Assembly (NCBI GenBank): GCA_963514005.1
Contig: OY740797.1
Coordinates: 24,924,001-24,988,000 of the forward strand
Origin: Raja brachyura
Lineage: Eukaryota
Reading direction: 5' to 3'
Length of the DNA stretch: 64,000 nt
In this document: one piece after another, positions 24,790 to 36,300 of the stretch
Numbering within the stretch: position 1 is the first letter of the stretch
How the letters are laid out: each line of letters starts with the position of its first letter
The notes under the pieces: generated by a model
Seen by the model: the letters and a program-made list of their open reading frames with translations, nothing else
Databases searched by the model: none
What the model was told of the DNA's origin: nothing
Program-made: the position numbers and the translations under genes

Positions 24790-25862
24790 TGGAGGTGGTG
24801 ATGGGAGGGGTTTAGCCAGAGAGGGTTATTGGGAAGAAAGTGCCACTTTAAATTTAGTTGCATCTGGCTGGGCAACCGTGGTTTGGTGGAGATTATTCCA
24901 TGCTTTAATAATGCGTGGAAAGAACGAATTGCTGTACACATCTGTCTTTGAGGCTGGGACCACAAATTGGATCGAATGCCCTCGTCTGCTCCTAATTGGT
25001 TTGGGGTTGGTGTAGGTCTTGTGATCTATGTCTTGCTGACCATTTAACATTTTGTAAAAACAAGTCAAACGGTGAGCTTCACGTCTGTCTTGGAGAGGGT
25101 TCCACCCCAGAGAATTCAGAAGTTTGGTGACGCTCGCATCTCTCTCGCAGGTGTTAGTAACAAATAGAGCGGCCTGTCTTTAGACACGTTCGATGGATGA
25201 AATGTTTTTATCTGTGAATGGGTCCCAAGCTGCAACTGCGTAGTCCAGATGAGGTCTAACAAGGGTGAAATACAGCTTCTCCTTGACAGAAGCTGAACAA
25301 TGATGGAAGTTGCGCCTCAGGAAGTTTCGGACACCTGTTGCTTTCACTGTTACATGATGGGTCTGACCATTCCAACGTAAATCATTCTGCAATTGATGCA
25401 AAGATACTTGGTTTGTTTGGATACTTCAAGGATGACACCAAGTGTTTTGTAAGATGTGACGCCTGGATTCCTCTTTCTGGTGACACGCATGGTTTAACAT
25501 CTGGAAGGGTTGAACTGCATGCCCCCATTGTTGTGACCACTAGACCATAGTATCGAGATCCTTTTGGAGAGCATCTTCATCATCAGCTGACTTAATTGGA
25601 CGGTACAGCAAACAATCATCAGCGAATAGTCTGGTCGTACTTGCGACTTTTTCATGGATGTTATTGATGTAAAGTAAAAATAGGTGTGGGCCAAGTACTG
25701 TGCCCTGGGGTGTACCACTCAACACTGCGTGCCAATTGGAGCTCTTTCCGTTCACACACACGCGCTGAAGACGTTTTGTCAGGAAACTGGAAATCCATCG
25801 TTTCGTGTTGGAACAAATACCGTAGAAGTCAAGCTTCCGAAGCAGTCTCTGGTGTGGGATTC
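24790..25862 (-). mobile_element. 5'-truncated CR1-clade LINE RT, lightly mutated
   Basis: PHQRLLRKL...SGTPQGTVLGPHLFLLYIN...LFADDCLLY and LVRPHLDYAVAAWDP...NSFFPRIIKAWNNL. Confidence 0.85.
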
Positions 25863-26059
25863 CTCTCATTCCATCTCCTCAACCGCCAACGCCGTTCCCA
25901 GCCCCCCCCCCCCCCTCTCACTCCTCCCCACCCATAGTCCTTGCCTTCTCCCAATTCCACCATCCCACCCCCCCCCCCCCCCCCCCAAACTGTCCTCGCC
26001 TGAAATGCTGAAGATAACCGAGTGCTTTAAATGCGAATCCCGGACTGCGGCAACAACAC

Positions 26060-26836
26060 ACGCCCTGAGCGTCAAGAGTAAACGGGAGAGGAACTACCTG
26101 CACAACATCTCCCGCGATCCGATTCTGGGAACCCTGCCCAGCGCCTCATGTCAAGGCAGACTCGCACTACTCTACCTATGGCCAAGTAGATGCTGCAGCC
26201 ACAAGTTCGTGCGCTGGCAGCAGTTCAACCCCAGCTCCAGCAACGGCGAGATGCTCAGAAGAAACATTACGACAAGACCAGACCACCACTCCGGCCACTG
26301 CGGCTACAGTCCCTGCTTTCGCCCGCAGTGCCGGCAAGACCGATACCTTCTCCTGTTCAATCTCCAGCGAAGGAAGAAGACGGGCACTACCGTACGCGTG
26401 CAGGACGTGTTTGCAAGCCGAATCCGAAAATTGGAAAACCGGCTATGTCAGAAAGTGTACGACTTGCTTTATTTATTGCGCTAGCACGATGTATAAGTAA
26501 AGTGCACACCCTGAATTGGTGTTTTACAATATATTCCGCCAAGTGTTTTTTTTTTTAAATTATGCACTGCTTCTTTAAGAGGACGGGTGTAGATTAACCA
26601 TATTAATCTATGCCTATATATTCTACATTACACATATTATGCATGTCGCACAATCCGCCAAATTAATCCAGTCCGGGTTTGGGGCATCGTAAGGTACTTT
26701 TGACAGCCTGTCGTTAAGCTACTGCAGTTAGTACGTAAGCTGATGTGATGAGCACAGCTGCGTGTAACGTTCTATCTGTATGATCTTAATAAAAAAACGA
26801 ATGAATCACTCCAGACTTTGTAACGGATCACTTACA
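26060..26836 (+). mobile_element. Gypsy LTR retrotransposon 3' end: integrase C-terminal remnant, PPT and 3' LTR (26588-26836)
   Basis: QKKHYDK...LRPL and YRTRAGRVCKP peptides; purine tract aagaggacggg immediately before TGTAG; internal AATAAA; ends TTACA. Confidence 0.6.
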
Positions 26837-28094
26837 AATTAGGGGAACTTTACAATATCCATTTACCAACAAGCATAAGCGTCTTTGAGATGTGGGGAGA
26901 AACCGGAGCACTCGGTAGGAACCTGCGTTATCACATGGAGAATGTGCAAACCGCACACAGACAATGAACGAGGCAGAATCGATCCCAGGTCCCAGGTCCC
27001 AGGTCGCTGGCCCTGTATGATAGCTGCACTACTAGATAAACGACTGGGACACCCTGCAATTATCTTCCATGTAATTCTCTTCCTTCTTCCGCGAAACAAT
27101 CATTTGGGCCAAATGACTTGTGCCAAATCTATGCTTGCCTTCTCTAGGACGCATGAGCAAGTCTTTATTGCATTCCTACTGGCATCCTCGGCGCTTGAAT
27201 GTCGTTACACCAACAGCTGCATGGGTGCCTATAGTTGCATCCGTAGAGAAGTGCACAGTTTTGTCAGTTTTTGGCTTTGTTCCATCGTGCTCTCATCTTC
27301 ACGTGGAATATCTATGATTCTTCATTACGCTTTTCATTTGCTCTGTGTCTACCTCAGAGGATAAGGCATGGAGCAAAATCCACGTAGAATATGAAACCCA
27401 CAAAGCTTTGTAATGATGGAGATATAGAGTCAAACAGTATGGGAAAGAGGCCTTTAGGCCCAACCCGTCCTTGCCACCTATATGCCCTGTATAAACTAGT
27501 CTCATTTCCCCGCGGCTGGTCAATGTACCACAGAATCATTCGATCCATCTGCCTCGCTAAATGACTGAAAAATACCGTTATAATACTTGCCTTAATTAAC
27601 TCTTGTGAGAGCTCATTACACATACCTACCGCGCTCTGTGAAAAGGTTCAGATTCGGGTTCTTATTAAACATTTCCCCTCTCACCATAAAACCATGTAAT
27701 CTAGGTATTGCTCAATCCCGTGGAAAATACTCTGTGCATTCTCCCTATCTACTTATCTCATGATTTCTCCTCAGGTGTCACGAGTTAAGATATTCTTATT
27801 CCGTTCCTTGGCAGTGCTTCTATTCCATGCCATCAGTCCCCAATCTACAGTATAACACATTGGTTGTCAATAGAACGATTCACGCAGGTATATCTTAAAG
27901 GTTCTCATTCTTTCCGCCCTGCGGCTTCTCCCCCGCAAGTGTAGATGAAACCCTTGCTTAAAGCTCATCTAATTCCTGAACTGATCGTCCCTTTCAACCC
28001 CACCAGTCTCCACATTCAAGGGGTCACACAAAGTAATTAATATGAGCGCTAATAAGACCCCACCACCATAGATACATTGTGGAATCTATACGTA

Positions 28095-28560
28095 GTCTGA
28101 TACATTGTGGAAACAGGCCCCTCGACCCAACTCGTCCCCACCGGCCAACAATCTCCCAGCTGCACTAGTCCCAATTGCCTGCACTTGAACTATATTCCTC
28201 CAAACCGGTCCTCTCCATGTACCTGTCTAACTGTTTCTTAAACGATGGGATGGTCCAGCCTCAACTACCACCTCTGTCAGCTTGTTGCATACACCCACTC
28301 TTTGTGTGAAGAGGTTACCCCTCAGATTCCTATTAAATATTTTCTCCTTCACCTTGAACCAAAGTCATCTGGTTCTCGATTCCCCTGCTCTGGGCAAACG
28401 ACTCTGTGCATCCACCCGATCTATTCCTCTCATGTTTTTGTATACATATATAAGATCTCCCCTCATCGTCCTGCGCTCCATGGAATAGAGATCTAGCCTA
28501 AACCTGCTCAACCTCTCTCTGTAGCCTACACCCTCTAGCCCTAGCAACATCATTGTAAAT
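28095..28560 (-). mobile_element. CR1 LINE 3' end
   Basis: YRERLSR..LYSMERRTMRGDLIYVYKNMRGIDRVD. Confidence 0.8.
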
Positions 28561-30267
28561 CAGGGATGTATTCCTCTGCGTTTCAGTCTTTTGAAATGAT
28601 TACCTTCTTCGTGAATCCAAGGTCTGCTCAATCACATTCATCTAAATAGTCTGTCTCCTAGCATTTATACCACAGGAGGAACAATTATTGTTCCCAACAT
28701 GCAGAGACTGAGATATTTTTTCCATGTTAAGCAGCGATTTATTTGTACATCCTCCGGTTTGATATTAAAATGCGATGTTCACAAACCGTTCTCCTCTGCA
28801 TTGGAGAACAGAAGCTAGATTGTTTGATGGCTTTTCAGAGAGACCCTGAGCATCCGGTTGAGTCCCTCTCCCATTAATTATTCTGTTTACCCATCCAAAT
28901 CCAAACGAAACTGTTATAAGAACGCTCAATCATCTAAGCATATTGTACACCTCTTCAACTTAAATAATTGACACTTTATTTCCGTGTGTACCATAATGCT
29001 AATTTCTGCCGCTCATCACAGGGCTCTCTTTTCATTCTCTTTTGGTATGCCATAGGCTGCTGGATATGTCTAAGAGTTTCATTATTAACAACATGTTTCA
29101 TAGACAAAGACGCATAACTAATACTAACCGCGACCTTAAAGACCGGTTTACTCTATCAGAGTTGTTTCCCTTTGTTCTATGCACTACTCCTCCAGCATAT
29201 CCTCCATCGATAGAAATACACTTTCCTAGTCCAATGAAAGGTGTAGGACGTAAAACGTTATCTGGTTCCGTTTCCGCCTAATCGGCAACACATGGGAACA
29301 TGTGATGGATGAGAGAGAAGGGGAGGCACGTTTCTATCAAACGTGATGGAAAGGCGTAAACAATTACAACGTCTAGAAGGCATTTCGACAGGTGTACAGA
29401 AAGGAAAAAAATGACAGTGATACGGGACTCGCAGGCAACAGGGTTTAGCGAAGACATAATTCACAGCTGTTGTAGCTGACACAGCTACACCAAGGCATGT
29501 TGCACTGTTGTACGATTCTGCGATTCTATGATACGACGGTTCTTTAACCAGCTATATTTGTTGGCATTTTCGTTTTTATTTTGCTAATAGTTCCTTTAAT
29601 TTAATCACGAATGTGTCAAGAATATGACATAGTACTTTGGAGAAGGGTTGGTGCAGTGTCCCAAGATGGATCTATCTCATATACTAAATACGTCTTGTGA
29701 CGTTGGTCGCACTTTCCAAACAATTAATGGCTGACAGAAATATTTTAAGTTTCACTATTCGCATTTACGTTATTTTTTATCTGGTTACTAGTATTTTCGG
29801 ATGGCCGATTTATTTCAGTGTCTACATATGTGGAAGACTTTTAATTTTCTGTTCTGATATAAAACTGCAGCCATTAGCATGAAGATCATTGGTCAATTCA
29901 GAAAAGACAAGATTCATCTGGATGGATGGCAAATATTTGTTTGCATCACGGAACATGACATGACATGACTTCCGACATATTGTTTCCAGAGTTTATCCGG
30001 AAGCTCACTTCTGAACAGCTGCGATTGGGTAATTTCGTATCGGCCGTCATTTCCTTCAGCCCGCGTCAAATCGCGTACCTTTTCTTTCACAGCAGGGACA
30101 TGGTAATGCATTGTCCAACCTGTTCCATTTGACCAAGTCTTTCGAACAGAAAAGTTAACTCTATTTCTCTTTATCCAGATCATATTTTACTTACATGCTG
30201 CTTTCAGCAATTCCTGAGCGAATTTCTGACTTCCAATATCTAGGACGTATGGTTTTCATGGTTCAGT

Positions 30268-30322
30268 ATGCCTTTTCGGGATGTGGTTCTGTTATTATCG
30301 TCGCTCTTGATTATAAATGCAG
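30268..30322 (+). CDS. Gene B exon 1, signal peptide [18 protein letters not shown]
   Basis: ATG at 30268, hydrophobic core, phase-1 donor G|GTATTT. Confidence 0.85.
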
Positions 30323-33300
30323 GTATTTTTCGACTTTTCTTTTGTTTTCATCTTCTTACTGACCTACACCCTCTGTTATCAACACCCGTATATCGATCGC
30401 ACATCCACTTTCACGCGTCTTTTAAAAGTACGATTAATTGTCTGCCCTCGTCTGTTATGGGATATTTTTTTTATTTTCTTCTGCTACAGTTGCCGTTGAT
30501 GCTTACTACCAAGTCGATCAATCTCCGACGAGCCAACACGTGATCTTATATTCAAATACCACTCTCTATTGCATTATTGGACTATCGCACAATAGTCCAC
30601 CTGTGGAAATTTATTGGTGGAAAGTTGGCGAACAGAACTTTCTGCAAGCAGCCTCTGACAGTAGGAAGATATTTGTTCGTTTTACACAAGGTGGAGCCTC
30701 CTTGCATCTATTGAATATCCGTGCAGATGATGCTGGGGTCTATTACTGCGGAGTGGGAATACAGGGAAGCGAGATAGTGAATGGATCTGGCTCCAGAATT
30801 AAAGTCTTCGGTATGTGTAACAGTAAAAGCAAATGTGTTGCAATATGGATAAGATATTCTATTATTTGTTCAATTCTATAATTCTGGAAAGCAATGTGGC
30901 CAGGTTTTCTATTCGAAGTACCCATGTTCTATGTAATATTATATCTTATGGTCCCCGGAAAACTGTTTAATTTGTTGTTTTTGTTGTTGTTATGGTGAGG
31001 TTGTTGCTCCAAATTCACTGAAACAGAGATTCCAACACAGGTACTGTCTTGACCAGTACTTCCCGAGGCCGATTAATGCGATATAATATCTGCTTGTAAT
31101 TTATATTGATCTTCTTTAAATCATTCAGAATTACGAGCTGGTGTTATTTTAACACAGGTGTTTCTTAAACCTTTTCCTTGCCCAAATATTCAATGAAATT
31201 CCAAATACCAAAGGAAGAAATATTGCTGCAGTAGCTCAGCGGGTGAAGCCGCAACTCAGGAGACCATGAATAGGCGACTTCTTGGGCTGGGACCCTGCAT
31301 CAAATTGAAGCGACGGACGGGGTAGGGTAGAACGTTTGAAGAGAGGAGAGGCAGGACAAAGCTTTGGATGTAATAGACCGACACAGTTGGGAGGCATTTT
31401 TTTGGACCATTTTATTTACAACTGCCGGTGCGGCATAAACCGTCGCCCTGATACGGTCACTTCTTCCGGTTCCAACATTCCCCCTCATCATGGACCCGCG
31501 CTGCCGGCCTTCTACCTTAGCTGGATCTTTTTTATATCCAAAGCGATATCAAATTGCTGGAGCGGTATCAAACGTCTCATCCTCTCCCGCAGTAAACACA
31601 AAAGGCTACACCTGATATTCCTATGTTTTTTTTTTAATTTAGCAATTAATTTGTAGTTCTTACTTCAAGAAAACTAAATAATATAGGGCGCTCATTCTGG
31701 TGTTTGAAAAGGGCAAATCCGTAAAAGTTGCGAATTAGTTAAAGATAAACTGACCAATTAACCTACAAAAATTAAACAGAGGTAGCAATTCACACTATTC
31801 GAAAAAGTGGGCAACGATTGGAAACGCTAAATACGTTTCCATTCTCCTCGGATGCTTGCTGTCAAGGATGTGTATAGAATCGGATTGCACGGCTGATCAC
31901 GATTTATGTTGTTGATATCCGAAAAAACGGTCGAAGTTATGCTAATCGCCTGAACGTTTCCATAACCTTGCAATTATGAGGTCGTCGACCTGTATTGTAA
32001 AAATAGTTATGATCGTGGTGTTGTTTTCCGGATCACAAATACATTTTCTGCTTTACATTTGCAGTTCCACCAGCTCAGCTCAGAATCTCCAAACTGCCTG
32101 ATCAAAACTCCACCACATTGAATCTCTTGTGTAAAACGGAAGAATTTTACCCGGAGTCATTTAACCTTGCTTGGTACCGAAATGGCATTGAGATTTTCGA
32201 GGACATAGATACAATGGTAAAACTGACAATGAATGGATTATATGAAGTTTCCAGTCATTTGAAGGAAACAAGGACACTCCAGGGCGGGTCAGTCTATACT
32301 TGCCAAGTGGCGCACCTCACTCTTCCTACTCCACAGACTGCAACGTATCATGTTCCGGATTCCAAAACAGGTAACGTAGAAAACATTAGAAGGTTCGATA
32401 GTAGCGGATTCAGGTCGTCGTGTTTGGGGAGCGAATTGGCTTTGATGGAGAGGATGATTGCTAAGTTGCAAAAGTATGCTATTTCTACCTTGCTGTCTTA
32501 ATTATATTGTTGAAATCAATAGCGTGGATTTCAGATTGTATTAAGTAGTAGTTGGAGCAGATAAAGCCCTAACCGACTTGCTTATTCCATTTAGAGTATT
32601 CAGTCAATTTAAGTATAATACGTATCAGGAGAGATGGGCCTGTGCAATGTTTATCCCGCGCTTTGTCGGAGATCAGCAACAAGTTTAATGTCGCTCGCGG
32701 CCATTTCTTCAGGAAATACATTAAAGTTCTTGCGCATCTGGTATTTAGGATGGATTCGTTGTGTAGCGTCCGCGGTGTTTACGACAGTATGGATAGCTTG
32801 TTTCCTGACTTCATCATGTGACCAATATTGATCGCTTTGGAAAAAGGGCGTTTAGTACGCTATGGCCAAAGTAGTAGCACAATCGGAAAGCGTGGGTGTG
32901 CACTGACTGTGGATAATCAAAGTTAAATCCAGATTTGTTACAGTACCACTTGCGAATGAAAATAGGAATAGGAGGACAGATCCGTAGAATACTTGGCTAA
33001 AGATATAGTGGAAAAGGGAGATCGTAACATTTCTCAATCCCCGGGAGTAGTAGGGACATGGAGGGCTTTGTCAGTGGGGGTGATGAAGATAACTGGAAGC
33101 ACAGCAATAGAGGAAGTTGGATCATATACAGGAAGATGTGTTCGGCTTGACGTGGCATTTTTAGCACATATATTGTGGCCCGAAGGGCTCGTTCCTGTGC
33201 TGTTAAATTATATGCTCTAACGATCACTTTGATGATAAACTGCAAATTTATCAGCCCTATTATTACATTTATTATCTGGTGTTTTCCCATTGATGTAGCC

Positions 33301-36300
33301 AAATCCGAATGATTTAAGATTAATACTGTTTTAGTAGTTGAAGAGTTCATGTAGAGTAATATTCATTCGGAAAAATTCAGTATGAAAGACAAATTGTGTC
33401 CAGGAAAGCATTCCTCGTAATCCAACCCGACGTTGCTGCGCCGAATCTTTGGGCAATTTAAGGCAATTATTTGGTCCAGTGGTTGAGGCCAAAATTTTCG
33501 ATAGAGTCCATTTCTTTAGGTTTTGGGCTGGTCATGGATCGGGATTACATTCGTCTGGAAGTTAAGATATTGAATTGAGGAGGTTGCAAACCTATCGTAA
33601 TATATGACCTGTCAAATTGAAACTGTATTTACGGTCTGGCCTACCGCGCTGAATCCTGTAAGTATGAACCACTGAGAGTTGGGGGCCGATGTGCTATTTC
33701 AGGGTGGAAGGAAATGGCAACGTTAGGGGATATCAGACTTTTTGGTGAGGCGCTTAAAATTCGACAGATCCGAAGTACCTGTTCAACTCTTCCGCCATTT
33801 CCTTGTTACCCGTTATAATTTCACCCGTGTCTGCCTTCAAGGAACCCACATTTGACTTTGCTACTCTTTTTCCCTTAACATATCTAAAGAAGCTTGTACT
33901 GTCCTTATTTATATTCCTATTAATTTATGTAGGATAACAGATCTCCCGTAACAAACACACAAACAGTTCCCCGCCACCGCGCGGGTGAATTGTTTGATTC
34001 TAAACAAAATAATGTGATCCCGTTATCCGACTAACATATCTCGCTCTGCCACTCTGTCTCTACTGCCAGATGAGTACGCGCAGATGACTAAGATGGATAC
34101 ATGAACTAGTATCCGCTCCTTGCCGAAAGGACAGGGAGCTGAAATGCTGGCTCTCATTTCCTGAACATGACATAACTCCCTACAAATCAGGAATTTTGCC
34201 AATAATTTACACCTTGAAATAAAGTAACACACTAAAAATATTCTCATTGACATTCTTGAATTTTACAGCGAAATAATTTGTGACTCGGACCGCCGGTTTG
34301 TTGTCTCCCCAATAATCAGAAGTATCCACTAAATATTATCTCTAACATGGACCTTTCATTTTAACAAGGAATAAAGGAACACTCCGTTTCGTTTTTTAAA
34401 GCTATCGTTCTTGTAAAGTATGAAAAGTGTCGCTTATATCTCGCTTATAATAATAGTTCCATAACATGGCGCCTGAAAACTTGTTTTACTTGTTTAACAT
34501 ATAATATAGAACAGTACACCACAAGATTAGACGTTTCGTCCCGCACATGATGCAAGCAAAAATAATTTCCTCTTTCTATTGGTGATCTGTTTCCTTCCAT
34601 ACTCTGCTTATCAGTCCCTGTACAAAAGACTCTTAAAACCCACATTCGCTTCTGCTTCCAACACCACCACCACCTGGCAACGTTTTCCAGGCGCGTGCCA
34701 TTTTCTGTATAAAAATAACTTCACCCGCACATCTCTGATTCTTTAACATTTTAACCCTAGGAAACGGATTCTGATTATCTATCCTGACCATGTCCCTCTA
34801 ATTCTAGAAAACGTCTCTCTGCCCACAACCTCCGAAGCCCCTGAAAAAAATCCAAGGTTGGCCAAGCTGTCTTGATGGTCAATATCCTCTCATGCAGCCA
34901 GCATTCAGGTAGAGTCATTGAGCACGCGGAGAGACTATGCTGTCCAACTTGCCCATGCCGACCTAGATGCCCCATCCACACAGGTTCCACCTGCCTGCGT
35001 TCATATCTCATCCTTCTAACCCTTTCCGAAATATGTACGTGTCCAAATGTATTTCAAATGTTGTTTTGGTAAATCTGTTCTACACTCTGTCAAAAGTCTC
35101 CACATTCTTGCCGTAATGGGGCGATCTAAACGGCAGACAACATTCCACACGCGGACTATTCAAAGCTTTTCAAAGCTGCAACATGGCTCCCACTCAGCAC
35201 ATGGTTCTTGAACTCAGTGCCACAACCGATCAAAGGAAGTATACCAAATTCATCATTTACCATGCTATCAATTTGTGTTACCATTCTTAAGGAGCTATGT
35301 CCTATGCCCAAGATCCAACAGTTCATCAGTGCTGTGGAAAGTTTTGCAAAGCGTAACAGAACACACTTGCTCAGATTAAACTGCATTTTCCACTTCTACA
35401 CATAGTCTGTAATCATACTGGACCTTTCCCTGTTTAGACTGCGAGTGCCAAAGTGGCATAGTGTCATGGACGTTGACCAGCTGGAATTTGTCATATATGT
35501 TCAGGACAAAACCTTGTCCCACGGTACGAGTTCATTCCAAGAACTCTCCCGAGTTTTATAAAAATCAAACTCGTGGTAAGCACGGAGAATGAACGTAGCG
35601 GGTACGTCGGAGCTCGGGGACGTCTCTTCGCGCTAACGGCAGGTACTCGGGGAGACTCGCTTCGGCAGGTACTCGGGGAGACTCGCTTACGGCAGGAAAG
35701 CACGGGAAGACTCGTGAAGATTTTACAACAAGATGAAAAATGTCCACGAGATTCCCGAGTACCGACGAGTAGCCATTACCGTAAATCTCCGAGTTCGAAT
35801 CAGGGCAAACTCGGGAAAACTCTTGAAATGAACTCGTACCGTGGGGCAGGGGGTTAGTCAATACGTGTATGCCCTACTAGGAGGAAGACAAAGATTGAAA
35901 ATGGTTAATGGGGAATTGTTAATGGGGCTTACCAGTAAGTGAGAGGTGTTGCATTTTCTAAGGTCAAACAGTGTGAGGACCCAGACAGTGTAAGGCTGCG
36001 CTCTACGGAGTGATGACGAGCAGAGGAATCTAGGGGTGCAGGTACATACTTTCTTGAGAGTGTTTTCACAGGTAGATAGGATGAGAAAGAAGGCGTTCGG
36101 CACATTGGCTTTCATTATTCAAAATATTTAGTATAGAAATTAGGAGGTCGTATTACAGTTGTACGGGGCATTGGCGAGGCAACATTTGGAGTATTGGATT
36201 CAGTTTTGACCACCCTGTTACAGGACATATGTTGTTAAGCTGTAAAGGGTGCAGAGAAGATTTACGATGCTGTTGCCAGGACTCGCGGGCCTGAGGTATA

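Noticed and set aside
25684-26484. 266-aa ORF, the longest in the track
   Set aside because: A chimeric read-through of antisense LINE, poly-C tracts and an off-frame Gypsy remnant.
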